A stretch of 64,000 nucleotides of DNA from an uncultured Clostridia bacterium (GTDB lineage Bacteria > Bacillota > Clostridia > Oscillospirales > Acutalibacteraceae): assembly GCA_947589575.1 (NCBI GenBank), contig CANQBM010000008.1:918-64917 (forward strand). The letters are read 5' to 3'. Below, piece by piece: positions 20,182-31,839 of the stretch. The notes beneath the pieces were generated by a model. It was not told where the DNA came from, ran no database searches, and worked only from the letters and a program-made list of their open reading frames with translations. How positions within the stretch are numbered: the stretch's first letter is position 1; every line of letters begins with the position of its first letter. Position numbers and translations under genes: made by a program.

Positions 20182-20861
20182 TATTCACCAAATACCGCTT
20201 TTGGAATTATCGAAATCAAGTCCATCATTCCGCCGGAAATAAATGAAATAACACCGTCAAGAATTCCTGTAAAAAGAATAATTATAAATCCTATCATGAT
20301 ATATCTTTCATAACGTTCTATTTTAAAATAAATTTTATCGGGAAGTATTGAAGAAAAAATTCTTGACCCGTCAAGAGGCGGAATAGGCAACAGGTTAAAT
20401 ACAGCAAGCGTTACATTTACCGACGCCGCAATATAAAAGAAATATGAAAGAGCTGAAAAAGCGGGATTTTCCGAGTTGAAGGAACCGAAAATATAAAATA
20501 AGAAAACAGCTATAAATCCCATAATGAGATTTGAAACAGGTCCCGCCAGGGCAATCAGCGCCATATCACGTCTCGGATGCTTAAGCCTTGCAGGATTAAC
20601 CGGTACAGGCTTTGCGTATCCTACCCCGAAAAGGAAAATCATTATTGTGCCAAGTATATCAAGATGGGCAAACGGATTAACGGTAAGTCTTCCCTTAATC
20701 CTTGCGGTATCGTCACCGCACTTGTCGGCAACAAGAGCGTGCGCAAGCTCGTGAATGGGCAGACAGCAGAAAACGACAAAGCAGGTTGATAAAACCATTA
20801 TCAAAAAGCTCAGGTAATCCCCTTCTCTGAAATAGTAAATCATATCGGATAATCTGCTCAT
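20181..20861 (-). CDS. Site-2 protease family (M50) membrane metalloprotease
   Basis: HELAH, GRLTVNP, FNLLPIPPLDG; start moved to ATG 20861 (RBS AAAGGA, avoids long overlap with prmC). Confidence 0.9.
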   Translation of the reverse strand: MSRLSDMIYYFREGDYLSFLIMVLSTCFVVFCCLPIHELAHALVADKCGDDTARIKGRLTVNPFAHLDILGTIMIFLFGVGYAKPVPVNPARLKHPRRDMALIALAGPVSNLIMGFIAVFLFYIFGSFNSENPAFSALSYFFYIAASVNVTLAVFNLLPIPPLDGSRIFSSILPDKIYFKIERYERYIMIGFIIILFTGILDGVISFISGGMMDLISIIPKAVFGE

Positions 20862-20865
20862 AAAA

Positions 20866-21687
20866 TCAATCCTTTTTACATGCGGTAACCATTCTGTCGT
20901 TACCATACATATCTTTTATTACATTTATATTTTTAAAATGCGTAAGAACATTAAAAATATCTTTTCCTTGGTCTTCGCCTATTTCAAGAAAGAGGTGACC
21001 GTTTTTATTTAACATATCAAACCAATTATCGTTGATAATACGGTAAAAGTCAAGTCCGTCTTTTCCACCGTCAAGCGCCGTCGCAGGCTCATAAAGAACC
21101 TCTGACTGAAGGGTCTTTATATCATCACTTTTAACATATGGCGGATTTGATACAATAACATCGCCTTTAGGCAAATCATTTGTATTTTTTATGTCAGCGC
21201 AGATTATTCTTGCGTTTGAAATACCATCGGAGTTTTTCAAAAGATAAAACAGCGCGTCCCCGCTCTTTTCAATCATATAAATGGTTGCATCGGGACATGC
21301 CTTTGCAATGCTGACACCGATACAGCCTGAGCCCGCACATAAATCGTACACTATACACTCACCAAGATTTTTAATATGCTTTACCGCGAGCGCGCAGAGT
21401 TCCTCAGTTTCAGGTCTTGGTATGAGAACACCCTTGCCTACATAAAATTCGCTTTCATAAAAATCCCACTTACCGATAACATACTGAATAGGCTCTCCGC
21501 TTTTTACACGCCAAAGCATATCGGCAAGGCGTTTCATAATTATATCATCCTGTTGGTGCATTTTAAACTGACTGTTTTTTATCCCCGCAAGACTGCATAC
21601 AATACAGAGCGACTTGAATTCAGCCTCATCAATACCGTTACAGGAAAGAAAATAAACGCTGTAATTATACGCTTCCTTTAACGTCAT
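20866..21687 (-). CDS. prmC: Release factor glutamine methyltransferase
   Basis: GEPIQY, LIPRPETEEL, DLCAGSGCIG, SNPPY, ALDGGKDGLDFY. Confidence 0.95.
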   Translation of the reverse strand: MTLKEAYNYSVYFLSCNGIDEAEFKSLCIVCSLAGIKNSQFKMHQQDDIIMKRLADMLWRVKSGEPIQYVIGKWDFYESEFYVGKGVLIPRPETEELCALAVKHIKNLGECIVYDLCAGSGCIGVSIAKACPDATIYMIEKSGDALFYLLKNSDGISNARIICADIKNTNDLPKGDVIVSNPPYVKSDDIKTLQSEVLYEPATALDGGKDGLDFYRIINDNWFDMLNKNGHLFLEIGEDQGKDIFNVLTHFKNINVIKDMYGNDRMVTACKKD

Positions 21688-22655
21688 TTTATTTCGTCAT
21701 CCTCCGGATTATCAGTAATTACAGCCTTAAGTGATTCAATTCCCACTTTTATAATTTCATCATCGGGTTCTTTAGTTGTAAGCCTCTGCATCCATAAACC
21801 CGGAGCTGAAAGTATTTTTACAAACAGATTATCATGCCTGCCTGCATATTTGATAAACTCATATCCGAGCCCCATAACCAACGGAATAAATGCAAGCTTC
21901 AAAAGCATCCAGAGTATTCTGACAGACGCAACCGAAGGAAAAATTTTTGAAAGCACCGTTCCTAAAACAATACTGAAAATCAGCATAACGAATATAAACG
22001 AGGTACCGCAGCGCGGATGAAAGCGTGTGCATTTTTTTACATTTTCAACCGTAAGCTCAAGCCCCGCCTCATAGCAGGCGATTGATTTATGCTCCGCTCC
22101 GTGATACATAAAAGTGCGTTTAATATCCTTCATTTGACTTACAAGAGCGATATATATAACAAATATCGCAATCTTTAATACGCCTTCAACAGTACCTTGC
22201 CAGGGAGTAAGTATGCCGTTTGTCCATACATTCAGTCTGTTAAACACAAGAACGGGAAGATAGAAAAAAATTACAAAAGCGAGAGCAAAGCCCAAAACAG
22301 TGGCAATCCCCATTATAATATTCATAAACTTGTCGCCGAGCTTATCGGTAAGCCATTTTTCAAACTTATTCATTTCAACATCTTCCATATCCTCCATACC
22401 GGAGGCTTCGGCAGAATACATAAGCATTTTGTAACCAAGTATCATAGACTCGACAAAACCGACAATTCCTCTGATGACAGGAAGTCCCCAGATTTTATTC
22501 TTATCCCTCGCGTGCTTTACGTCATGATGCTCGACAATAATACTGCCGTCGCTTTTTCTTACAGCGGTTGCGACACCTTTAGGCCCCTGCATCATAACGC
22601 CCTCAATAAGCGCTTGACCGCCCACAGAGGTTTTATGTACTTTTTTATCACTCAT
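21684..22655 (-). CDS. DUF1385 family membrane protein
   Basis: VGGQALIEGVMM, YHGAEHK, HPRCGTSF, WMQRLTTKEP; usual neighbour of prmC. Confidence 0.9.
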   Translation of the reverse strand: MSDKKVHKTSVGGQALIEGVMMQGPKGVATAVRKSDGSIIVEHHDVKHARDKNKIWGLPVIRGIVGFVESMILGYKMLMYSAEASGMEDMEDVEMNKFEKWLTDKLGDKFMNIIMGIATVLGFALAFVIFFYLPVLVFNRLNVWTNGILTPWQGTVEGVLKIAIFVIYIALVSQMKDIKRTFMYHGAEHKSIACYEAGLELTVENVKKCTRFHPRCGTSFIFVMLIFSIVLGTVLSKIFPSVASVRILWMLLKLAFIPLVMGLGYEFIKYAGRHDNLFVKILSAPGLWMQRLTTKEPDDEIIKVGIESLKAVITDNPEDDEIK

Positions 22656-24192
22656 TGCTTTCGCCTTTCATTTCCATGCCTTGATTGATTTCAGCGTCGT
22701 CTGGATTCTGCGCAATATCCTGAAGTTCATTTTCAGACGGCGCATTTTCAACAGGGAGATATATTGTAACAAGGGTTCCCTTGCCTTCTTCGCTGTCTAT
22801 TTCAAGTCTGCCCTTATGCAGATTTATTATTTCATTCGTTACCGCAAGTCCTATTCCCGAACCGCGCACAGACACATTTGCTTTATAAAACTTATCCTTA
22901 ACATGAGGCAGATCCTCCTTGCTGATACCACAGCCCTGGTCGGCAATAGCAATACTTATAAAATCAGTTTTATCAAGCTTGGTAAACTGCGCCTTTACAA
23001 AAATCTTGCTCGGTGAACGGGAGTATTTCAGCGCGTTATCAAGTATATTCATAAATACCTGTTTAAGCCTGTTCGCGTCGGCGTTTGCGATTGCGGGTAC
23101 ATCGGGTATACTGTATTTTACCTCTATGCCCTCACGCAGCGCCCTTTCCCTGAAGGTAAAAACCGTTTCGTCAAGCTCCGCAAAAACATCTGTCTTTGCC
23201 AGCTTTAAGTTCATTCTTCCGCTTTGAAGCCTTGAGAAATCAAGAAGCTCCTCAACAAACCCTTCAAGCCTTCCCGCTTCCTTGACTATGACCTCAAGAC
23301 CTTTTCTTGTAACCTCGTCAACAGAGTCGTCCATACCTAAGGTAAGAGTTTCACCCCAGCCTTTAATTGACGTCAGCGGAGTTCTCAGCTCATGAGAAAT
23401 GGTGGAAATAAAATCATTTTTCATTTTATCTGTTGTCGAGATTTCCTCCGCCATTGAATTAATTGAATCGCAGAGGTTACCTATTTCGTCATTATACTTT
23501 TTCTCAATACGAACCGAATAATCTCCCTGCGATATTTTCTTTGTAGTTTCGTTAATCTCCTGCACCGGAATTATGATTGAACGGATAAAAAACAGATTAG
23601 AAAAGATAATAATTGAAAATACGATTAACAGTCCCAAAAAAATTAAAAATACCACTGAACTTATTTGATTGTCTATCTGCTCAAGCGACGACATTACGCG
23701 GACCGCGCCCACTATATCGCCGTCGGGATTTTTAATGGCGCGGCATATTGCCATAACCTTTTCCCTGCTGTCTATTTTTCCGACATATTTTCCGCTGTTA
23801 TCGGGGCTTATAAGCGCCTGATTATAGTCCGGCATATCCTGCTTTTCAATCGCAAAACCGCTTGAGGACATAATAACCTGACCGTCGCTGTCAATCAACC
23901 AAATTGTTGTTTTATCCTTATAGCTGTAACTGTCAATAAAATCCGTTGCGGACTGCTCAAGCGTTACCCCGGATTCAAGATTAGATGAAAAATAATCGGT
24001 TGCCGTAGTTGACGTGCCTGAATTTAAAATACTTTCCACATTAGAATAATAGTGGTTTTTAATTGCAAACGATGATGCAACAAACACAATAATGAAAAAT
24101 ACGGCGATTACACCAATAATATTTATAAGCCATCTCAGCGTAATACCCTCTATTTTTGGAATATGAAATTTTTCACTAATCCTTTTTTTCAT
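22648..24192 (-). CDS. Sensor histidine kinase (2 TM, HAMP, HisKA, HATPase)
   Basis: ISHELRTPLTSI, NILDNALKYS, ADQGCGI, GSGIGL. Confidence 0.95.
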   Translation of the reverse strand: MKKRISEKFHIPKIEGITLRWLINIIGVIAVFFIIVFVASSFAIKNHYYSNVESILNSGTSTTATDYFSSNLESGVTLEQSATDFIDSYSYKDKTTIWLIDSDGQVIMSSSGFAIEKQDMPDYNQALISPDNSGKYVGKIDSREKVMAICRAIKNPDGDIVGAVRVMSSLEQIDNQISSVVFLIFLGLLIVFSIIIFSNLFFIRSIIIPVQEINETTKKISQGDYSVRIEKKYNDEIGNLCDSINSMAEEISTTDKMKNDFISTISHELRTPLTSIKGWGETLTLGMDDSVDEVTRKGLEVIVKEAGRLEGFVEELLDFSRLQSGRMNLKLAKTDVFAELDETVFTFRERALREGIEVKYSIPDVPAIANADANRLKQVFMNILDNALKYSRSPSKIFVKAQFTKLDKTDFISIAIADQGCGISKEDLPHVKDKFYKANVSVRGSGIGLAVTNEIINLHKGRLEIDSEEGKGTLVTIYLPVENAPSENELQDIAQNPDDAEINQGMEMKGESNE

Positions 24193-24213
24193 TTTGTTTC
24201 CTGCCGAAATTTA

Positions 24214-24927
24214 TTAATGCTTTGATGTTATCCATTTATATCCGAGTCCCCATATTGTTACAAGCCTTGTCGGATTTGACGGATTCTCCTCAATTTTAAT
24301 TCTGAGACGTCTGATGTTTACGTCTACAATTTTTTCATCGCCGAAATAATTTGCGCCCCATACCGTTTTAAGTATATCTGTTCTTGAAAGGGCCGCGTTC
24401 GGGTTTTTGAAAAAATATTCAATAATTTGGAATTCAACCTGGGTAAGTTCAATCAGCTCGCCGTTCTTTGCAAGCGTTCTGTTTCTGAGATTAAGCTCAA
24501 ATTCATCAAGCACAATACTGTCGCCCGTTGTGTCATTTTTTCTGAAGCCTCTTGTCATCTCAACACGTCTGTAAACTGCGTCGACTCTTGCCATAAGCTC
24601 GCTCGGTGAAAACGGCTTCGTCACATAGTCGTCGGCACCGAACAGAAGTCCCGTAACCTTGTCCATCTCCTGAGTCTTTGCGCTAAGCATAATTATACCC
24701 AAATCGGACGAACGCTTACGAAGCTCCTTACACACGGTAAGCCCGTCAACCTCCGGCATCATAATGTCAAGGATTGCGACGTCAAAATTACTGCCTTCTT
24801 TTGAAAACTTTTCAAGAGCAACAGCACCGTTTTCAGCCTGCTCAACCTCATATCCGCTCCTTGTGAGATTAATTACAATAAACTCGCGGATTGACTCTTC
24901 ATCCTCAGCAACTAATACCTTTTTCAC
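24214..24927 (-). CDS. OmpR/PhoB-family response regulator
   Basis: LVAEDE, LDIMMP, DDYVTKPF, winged-helix C-terminus (VDVNIRRLR, TIWGLGY). Confidence 0.95.
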   Translation of the reverse strand: MKKVLVAEDEESIREFIVINLTRSGYEVEQAENGAVALEKFSKEGSNFDVAILDIMMPEVDGLTVCKELRKRSSDLGIIMLSAKTQEMDKVTGLLFGADDYVTKPFSPSELMARVDAVYRRVEMTRGFRKNDTTGDSIVLDEFELNLRNRTLAKNGELIELTQVEFQIIEYFFKNPNAALSRTDILKTVWGANYFGDEKIVDVNIRRLRIKIEENPSNPTRLVTIWGLGYKWITSKH

Positions 24928-24952
24928 GTTAATTCCTCCTCTGAATTTAAAA

Positions 24953-26260
24953 TCAATAAGGTTTAATCATTTTTTTCAAATCATCAACTGTGAATCTTAT
25001 ATCTGCCTTACTGTTCACATTTGCAAGATAAACAAATCCCGAATTACTCGATATTTCAGTATAATTTTTTAAATTCCCGTCATTTGAATTATAAGCGGAC
25101 TTAATCATAGTAACAATGCAAAAGCACTCTTTTTTACTTTTATCGGAAATGACCGACAATTTTCTTTTGTCATTATCATACTTAACACTGAGCTTTGAAA
25201 AATCATCATCGTCGATTAAAAGCGAGTATGCGTCCCTCTTGCATGAATAGGAATAGCACTTATGGTTTAAAACAGTATTTTCATATACCACCCAGTTCTG
25301 AGCGGTGATTTGCGCCGGAAGATTTTTCACCGATGTGTCAAGTGGAATTTCTATAACCTTATCACCGTCAATATCCTTGCAGTCAATAAGACTGTTTCTC
25401 GTAGTGTCGGCTGTTCTTCCGGTACTGTAGCTGTAAAACGGTGAAACGATTGAATCATAGTAGTCTGACCAGTAAATAAATTCAGTCAGCATTGAATCGC
25501 CGTCTGATTTGAGCGCGTCGGCATAAATACTGATTCCCTCGTCGGTTCTTCCGAGAGTAATATTTTTAAATGAGATAATTGTACTGTCAAGCTTTGTTTC
25601 CCCTATAAGACTCTTTTTATTATTTTTGAATGAATAGAGCTGTGCCTCGGGAGATACGGAAGAGTAGCCTGCGTTAAACACCGCTACTTCGCTTACATTA
25701 TCCTCATTTATGTCTGCACAGACAAATTCACCCGCTGTAATTGAATCGGAAATCGGTTTGATTTTATATCCTGCGCCGGTCTGTCCCAGACTGTATACGC
25801 TTAGCTTAAACGTGGTTGATTTTGAAATAAAGCTCCAGCAGACAAGAATTTCCTCTGAACCATCGCCATTGACATCGCAAAAGTCAACAGACTTAACATC
25901 GCTGCCTTCGCCTTTTATATTGTCAACAACACTCCATTTATCATCTGATTTTTTTAAAACAGCGAGGCTCGCTGTTCCAAGCTCATCAGACGGTTCGTAA
26001 AACGCAATCGCCTCATCATTTTCATCTGAATCAAGATTGTGGAAAATATAAGATGTTGTATAATCTCCTCCTGCGGGAATTTTAATAAGATAGCCTGATT
26101 TACAAAACTCGTTAACCGCGTTTTGCACTCCCGCGTTGTCACCGCTCGGAGAAATAGGAGAAATCAAATCGTCAATAGATGTTGCAAGTTTAAAATTATT
26201 ACACCCCGTAAGTAACAGTGACAAAATTACAATAATTGAAAACAGCTTTATTTTTTTCAT
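24953..26260 (-). CDS. Lipoprotein with FG-GAP/VCBS-like repeats
   Basis: Lipobox LLTGC; repeated DxNxDG motifs (DVNGDGSEE, DINEDNVSE, DIDGDKVIE); RBS AAGGAGTG supports start 26260. Confidence 0.7.
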   Translation of the reverse strand: MKKIKLFSIIVILSLLLTGCNNFKLATSIDDLISPISPSGDNAGVQNAVNEFCKSGYLIKIPAGGDYTTSYIFHNLDSDENDEAIAFYEPSDELGTASLAVLKKSDDKWSVVDNIKGEGSDVKSVDFCDVNGDGSEEILVCWSFISKSTTFKLSVYSLGQTGAGYKIKPISDSITAGEFVCADINEDNVSEVAVFNAGYSSVSPEAQLYSFKNNKKSLIGETKLDSTIISFKNITLGRTDEGISIYADALKSDGDSMLTEFIYWSDYYDSIVSPFYSYSTGRTADTTRNSLIDCKDIDGDKVIEIPLDTSVKNLPAQITAQNWVVYENTVLNHKCYSYSCKRDAYSLLIDDDDFSKLSVKYDNDKRKLSVISDKSKKECFCIVTMIKSAYNSNDGNLKNYTEISSNSGFVYLANVNSKADIRFTVDDLKKMIKPY

Positions 26261-26381
26261 TTTGTCACTCCTTCTTTGCATACATATTAAACATTATAAC
26301 AGAAATATTAAATAAAATAAATATAAATTTAAAAATAATTACAAAAAATTACATATATAAATATTTTTTAAATCTCTTAAC

Positions 26382-26413
26382 AAAACGGCAGTTCAAATTG
26401 AACTGCCGTTTTT
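26382..26413 (-). terminator. Terminator after DUF2804 gene
   Basis: AAAACGGCAGTTCAA-A-TTGAACTGCCGTTTT. Confidence 0.85.
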
Positions 26414-26418
26414 AAAAA

Positions 26419-27447
26419 TTAATATTTGTTATGGACCCTTTCCGCAAAACAGAGTAAATCCTTTACCTCAATAACCGTACCGTCGTCAAGAACAGCCTTT
26501 CCTGTCATTCTTCCGAAGACCTGATGCTGGTCGGTGACAATAAGATTTAACGCGCTTGTATAGTCGCTTCTGTCAATTATCGGGACAAAGTCCATTTCAA
26601 ATCTGCCGTCTGACGAAGTAAATGTCCACGGGTCAATGTAATTATCGCTGATATTGAAAACAACATCGTCAATCTTATGAACTGTACCGTCATAGAAAAT
26701 TACATTTTCGCTTGCTTTTGACGTATCTCCGAAACCATACCCTATATTAAAGCCGAAACGGTGACCGTCAATTTGTCCCGAACCCGAGCCCCAGTACCAG
26801 TAATTGTTATATGTCCACACACCTCTTCCCCAGTCAAGACAGCCGAAGTCGGTTTCGGGAGAGAGCTCATACACGATACCGTCATACTCAACCTTACCGC
26901 AGGCGCGCATACAGTTAATCTTTTGATTATAGTAAAACGCTTTCTTATCCTCTGCCCACGGGGTAGCGATTACCATTGTGTCTTCAGGCTGATTTTCAAG
27001 AGAAATATTCACCTTTATTCCCTTTCCGCCGTCAAAGGAAGGAAAATCACAGCGTATAATACGCTTGTTGTTATCAACCAAAAATTCAACGGCGAATTTT
27101 CCGTTTTTAACTTTGACATCGCCTCTTTCAGAGGTTGAGGGCATGGCAAGCCTGCCCATAGGAAACGGCGCCATATTGCCCTGTGTATGTTCAAAAGGCT
27201 TGTTAAAGTCAAGAAAGCTGACGCTTTCAAGCTCAAGATAACCTAAATCCGATACTGTAAAGCAGACGCCTATATTGTGCTTATTTGAGATTACGCAGTA
27301 ATAATCCCACTCTTTAATTCTTGTCCTTCGCTTTTTTATGTCGTTTCTGTTATAAATCTGAACAAGCCGTCTGCTCCAACCGGGCTCTCTCAGACTGCCG
27401 TCATAATTAAGAAGCGGTTTACGCTCAGTTACCTCATGATTTCTCAT
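26419..27447 (-). CDS. DUF2804 family protein
   Basis: RIKEWDYY, YYNQKINC, LDWGRGVW, GFNIGYGFGD, HQVFG. Confidence 0.8.
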   Translation of the reverse strand: MRNHEVTERKPLLNYDGSLREPGWSRRLVQIYNRNDIKKRRTRIKEWDYYCVISNKHNIGVCFTVSDLGYLELESVSFLDFNKPFEHTQGNMAPFPMGRLAMPSTSERGDVKVKNGKFAVEFLVDNNKRIIRCDFPSFDGGKGIKVNISLENQPEDTMVIATPWAEDKKAFYYNQKINCMRACGKVEYDGIVYELSPETDFGCLDWGRGVWTYNNYWYWGSGSGQIDGHRFGFNIGYGFGDTSKASENVIFYDGTVHKIDDVVFNISDNYIDPWTFTSSDGRFEMDFVPIIDRSDYTSALNLIVTDQHQVFGRMTGKAVLDDGTVIEVKDLLCFAERVHNKY

Positions 27448-27566
27448 ACAGTTTCTCCGTTTTATTAAAAGATGAATTCCATTTTGATTTTAGCATATTA
27501 AATTATCTTTTTCAACAATAAAAGCGCGTTTGAATGTATACAGTTGTGATGTTGTATAAGGCTTTA

Positions 27567-27595
27567 ATACCCCGCATTAAATTAATGCAGGGTAT
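27567..27595 (-). terminator. Probable terminator after uvrA
   Basis: ATACCCCGCATTAA-A-TTAATGCAGGGTAT hairpin; weak U-tract. Confidence 0.55.
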
Positions 27596-27599
27596 AATT

Positions 27600-30416
27600 T
27601 TAAAGATATTTTTTTAGATACTGTCCGGTATAGGATTTTTTGCATTTTGCCACTTCCTCGGGAGTACCTTCCGCTACAATTTTTCCTCCGCCGTTTCCGC
27701 CCTCCGGTCCGAGATCTATTATATGGTCCGCCGTTTTGATAATATCAAGATTATGCTCGATTACAACAACCGTATTTCCCGAATCCACAAGCATATTAAG
27801 GACGTTTACAAGCCTGTGGACATCCGCCGTATGAAGTCCGGTTGTAGGCTCGTCAAGGATATAAATGGTCTTTCCCGTGCTTTTTCTTGAAAGCTCGGTC
27901 GCGAGTTTTACTCTCTGCGCCTCACCGCCCGAAAGAGTTGTGGCGCTCTGCCCGATTTTTATATATCCGAGTCCGACATCAGAAAGAGTTTTCAGCTTAT
28001 TGTATATTTTTTTCTGCTGTGCGAAGAACTCCACTCCCTCATCAACCGTCATTTCAAGCACATCATATATTGATTTGCCTTTGAATTTGACCTCAAGCGT
28101 TTCGCGGTTATAACGCTTGCCTGCGCAAACCTCGCACGGAACATAGACGTCCGCCAGAAAATGCATTTCTATTTTAACAATTCCGTCTCCCTGGCACGCC
28201 TCGCATCGACCGCCCTTTACGTTAAATGAAAAACGGTTTGCCTTATATCCCCTCTGTTTAGCGTCGGATGTCTGTGCGTAAAGTTCTCGTATATCATTGA
28301 AAACACCCGTATATGTTGCGGGGTTTGAGCGGGGAGTCCTTCCTATCGGCGACTGGTCAATGTTGATAACCTTGTCAAGATTATCGGCGCCCGTGATTTT
28401 TTCAAATTTTCCCGGCCGTTTTTTTGCGCCGTTCAAAACATTCGACAGATATTTATTCAGTATTTCATTTACAAGGCTCGACTTGCCAGATCCCGATACT
28501 CCTGTGACAGCAACAAATTTACCCAAAGGAATTTCGACATCAATATTTTTAAGATTATTTTCCGCGGCCTTATAAATTGTCAGCTTTTTGCCGTTACCAT
28601 GCCTGCGCTTTTCAGGCACGGGAATGGAGCGTTTTCCGCTGAGATACATACCGGTAATTGATTTTTCGCAGTTAATAATATCTTCAGCTGTGCCTGCCGC
28701 AATCAGCTCTCCGCCGTGAATACCTGCTCCCGGACCGATGTCAACTATATAATCCGCATTGCGCATTGTATCCTCGTCATGCTCAACAACGATAAGCGTA
28801 TTGCCTAAATCACGAAGATGTTTCAGCGTGTCAAGCAGTTTATTATTATCCCTTTGGTGAAGACCTATTGAAGGCTCGTCAAGAATATAAAGCACTCCCA
28901 TAAGGGACGAACCTATTTGAGTAGCAAGCCGTATACGCTGCGCCTCGCCGCCCGAGAGAGTTGCCGCCTCACGTGAAAGCGAAAGATATTCAAGACCGAC
29001 TGAATTAAGAAATTCAAGTCTCTCTTTAATCTCGTTGATTACAAGCGTTCCGATTAGTTTTTCCTTTTCGGTAAGCTCAAGATTATTGATAAACTCTATC
29101 TCATCGCCTATCGGCATACGGCAAAATTCATAAATATTTTTCCCTCCGACAGTCACGCTCATAATTTCAGGAGTAAGCCTTGAACCCTTACAGTCAGGGC
29201 AGGTACATGTTGTCATAACCGCTTCAATATCACTTCTTGCCCAGTCCGATGTTGTTTCATCATATCTTCGTTTAAGATTTGAAATGATACCCTCAAAGGT
29301 ATTCTTGTATGTTCCTGTACCGTAAGAGGTCGCCCGTTTCATTGTCAGCTTTTTATCGCCTGTGCCGTAAAGAATAGCATTAAGACCTTCCTTTGAAATC
29401 ATTTCAATCGGCACGTCAAGCGAAAATCCGTATTCCTTTGCAAGTCCCTCATAATACATCTTTGCGATTGAGCCGTCGTTTATGTTCCAACCCGACGCCT
29501 TGATTGCGCCCTGATTGATTGACAGCTTCTTATTAGGAATAATTAAGTCGGGGTCAATCTCCTTATATGATCCGAGACCCGAACACTTTTTGCAAGCACC
29601 GAAAGGGTTGTTAAAGGAAAACATACGGGGACTCATTTCCTCAATGACCGCACCGTGCTCCGGGCAGGCATAATTAAGCGAGAAAAGCTCCTCCCTGTCG
29701 CCCACTATATCTATTATAACTACACCGTCTGAAAGCTGCGTTGCCGTTTCAATGGAATCGGTAAGACGCGACTTGATTGAATCGCTTATAACAAGCCTGT
29801 CAACAATAACCTCAATGTTATGCTTTTTATTCTTGTCCATTTTAATTTCTTCGGACAAGTCATAGACAGAACCGTCTACGCGGACACGGACAAAGCCTGA
29901 TTTGCGTACATTATCAAGCTCCTTTACATATTCTCCCTTACGTCCGCGGACAATCGGCGACATTACCTGTATTTTAGTTTTATCCTTAAGCTTAAGAACA
30001 GAGTCTACTATTTGGTCAACGGTCTGCTGAGTAATTTCCCTACCGCATTTTGTACAGTGCGGAATACCTATACGAGCGTAAAGAAGCCTTAAGTAATCAT
30101 AAATTTCAGTAACCGTACCTACCGTTGAACGCGGATTCCTGCTTGTTGTTTTCTGGTCTATTGAAATTGCGGGAGAAAGACCGTCGATATAATCAACGTC
30201 CGGCTTTTCCATCTGACCTAAAAACTGTCTTGCATAAGAGGAAAGCGACTCGACATACCTGCGCTGTCCCTCCGCGTAAATTGTATCAAAGGCAAGGCTT
30301 GATTTTCCGGAGCCGGAAAGACCCGTAAATACAATCAGCTTATCCCTCGGAATTTCAATATCAATATTTTTAAGGTTATGTTCCCTTGCGCCCTTTACGA
30401 CTATATTCTTAGCCAC
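27600..30416 (-). CDS. uvrA: Excinuclease ABC subunit A
   Basis: [23 protein letters not shown], two LSGGEAQR signatures, zinc fingers; GTG start overlaps the MATE stop. Confidence 0.98.
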   Translation of the reverse strand: MAKNIVVKGAREHNLKNIDIEIPRDKLIVFTGLSGSGKSSLAFDTIYAEGQRRYVESLSSYARQFLGQMEKPDVDYIDGLSPAISIDQKTTSRNPRSTVGTVTEIYDYLRLLYARIGIPHCTKCGREITQQTVDQIVDSVLKLKDKTKIQVMSPIVRGRKGEYVKELDNVRKSGFVRVRVDGSVYDLSEEIKMDKNKKHNIEVIVDRLVISDSIKSRLTDSIETATQLSDGVVIIDIVGDREELFSLNYACPEHGAVIEEMSPRMFSFNNPFGACKKCSGLGSYKEIDPDLIIPNKKLSINQGAIKASGWNINDGSIAKMYYEGLAKEYGFSLDVPIEMISKEGLNAILYGTGDKKLTMKRATSYGTGTYKNTFEGIISNLKRRYDETTSDWARSDIEAVMTTCTCPDCKGSRLTPEIMSVTVGGKNIYEFCRMPIGDEIEFINNLELTEKEKLIGTLVINEIKERLEFLNSVGLEYLSLSREAATLSGGEAQRIRLATQIGSSLMGVLYILDEPSIGLHQRDNNKLLDTLKHLRDLGNTLIVVEHDEDTMRNADYIVDIGPGAGIHGGELIAAGTAEDIINCEKSITGMYLSGKRSIPVPEKRRHGNGKKLTIYKAAENNLKNIDVEIPLGKFVAVTGVSGSGKSSLVNEILNKYLSNVLNGAKKRPGKFEKITGADNLDKVINIDQSPIGRTPRSNPATYTGVFNDIRELYAQTSDAKQRGYKANRFSFNVKGGRCEACQGDGIVKIEMHFLADVYVPCEVCAGKRYNRETLEVKFKGKSIYDVLEMTVDEGVEFFAQQKKIYNKLKTLSDVGLGYIKIGQSATTLSGGEAQRVKLATELSRKSTGKTIYILDEPTTGLHTADVHRLVNVLNMLVDSGNTVVVIEHNLDIIKTADHIIDLGPEGGNGGGKIVAEGTPEEVAKCKKSYTGQYLKKYL

Positions 30417-31834
30417 TACTTTCCACCAGCCTTTTTATTGTTATACTCCTCAAGCCCTCTTATACCCTCTGTTGTTACGGGCTTAATCCATTTTTTAGTA
30501 AGGTAATACCTCATACAAACGATGTTTTTAGGTATATCTTCAAAAACATACATAACGGCAAACGCAACCGCAAACGGTACCTTAAACAGATAAACCGCAA
30601 TAATTGTTGCCGGTACAGATAACACCCATAGGCAAAACAGCTCATATTTTGCTCCTGTAACAGTATCTCCGCCTGAGCGGAAAACTGAAACAATTTCCAG
30701 ATATGGCATCATTCTGAGCGGAAATGCGACCGCGTAAATCGCCATTATTGTCATTGCGGTATCAAGCGTCGTTATGCTTATATAGTTTCCCATATTAAAT
30801 ATGCCGATCAGCTGTTCCCTGAAAATAACTATCAAAACAGCTACAATCACGGCAAGCGCGGGTACAAGCACCATAAAGCGTTTTGAATCCAGAAGTCCTT
30901 TCTCTATCTTTCCCTGACCGATTGATTTTCCTATCATAACCGACGCTGCGCTGCACAAGCCTATAAAAATTACAAAAGCTATATTTTCAAAGCTCCTTAA
31001 AATTGTGAGAGCTGAAAAATATTCATACCCCATATTGCCGAAAATAATATTATACACAAATGTACCGGCGCCCCACATACTTTCATTCAGAACGACGGGC
31101 CAGGCCTTTGCCGCATAAGCAGTCAGCTCCTGCTTTGAAAAGCTGAAAAACGAGCGAAAACTGCCTATCAGAATATTCTTTTTAATAAAAGACACGACAA
31201 TAATCAGCAAAACGCCGAGCCACGCGGAAATAACCGTTGCAAGCGCAGCTCCACTGATACCAAGCGCGGGAAATCCGAATTTACCAAAAATCATACTGTA
31301 ATCAAGAAATATGTTAAGTACGGTTGTAACTGCCGAAACATACATCGGCAGTTTTACATTTTCAACGGCGCGCAGAATTGCTGCAAGTATGTTTGTAAGC
31401 GCAACCGGGATAAACGAAAATGCGACTATTTTAAGATACTGTGCGCCTGATGCAATAACATTCTTATCAGAATTAAATATCCGTACAACTCCGCTCGGTA
31501 TTGCAAGACTCACAGCGGTAAACAAAACTGACGCGCCGAGCGCGAATATAATTGAAATACCGCTTATCCGACGTATTTTCTTAATGTCCCTGATACCCCA
31601 AAACTGTGAAATGAAGACAGTCGTTGCCGAGCAAAAGCCGACAAGTATCATATTCATCAGCCACGCCCATTGACCCATCATACCGACTGACGAAAGCGCA
31701 ACCGTACCTAGACTGCTAACAAGAAGCGTATCGGCAAGCGTAAAAGAGCTTGTAAGCAGATTCTGCAGCGCAACAGGTATAGACAGCTTAACTGCAGTTT
31801 TCCAAAAGCTTTTATCGTTAAATAATTTTATCAT
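30416..31834 (-). CDS. MATE family efflux transporter
   Basis: About 12 TM segments; [44 protein letters not shown]. Confidence 0.9.
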   Translation of the reverse strand: MIKLFNDKSFWKTAVKLSIPVALQNLLTSSFTLADTLLVSSLGTVALSSVGMMGQWAWLMNMILVGFCSATTVFISQFWGIRDIKKIRRISGISIIFALGASVLFTAVSLAIPSGVVRIFNSDKNVIASGAQYLKIVAFSFIPVALTNILAAILRAVENVKLPMYVSAVTTVLNIFLDYSMIFGKFGFPALGISGAALATVISAWLGVLLIIVVSFIKKNILIGSFRSFFSFSKQELTAYAAKAWPVVLNESMWGAGTFVYNIIFGNMGYEYFSALTILRSFENIAFVIFIGLCSAASVMIGKSIGQGKIEKGLLDSKRFMVLVPALAVIVAVLIVIFREQLIGIFNMGNYISITTLDTAMTIMAIYAVAFPLRMMPYLEIVSVFRSGGDTVTGAKYELFCLWVLSVPATIIAVYLFKVPFAVAFAVMYVFEDIPKNIVCMRYYLTKKWIKPVTTEGIRGLEEYNNKKAGGK

Positions 31835-31839
31835 TATCC

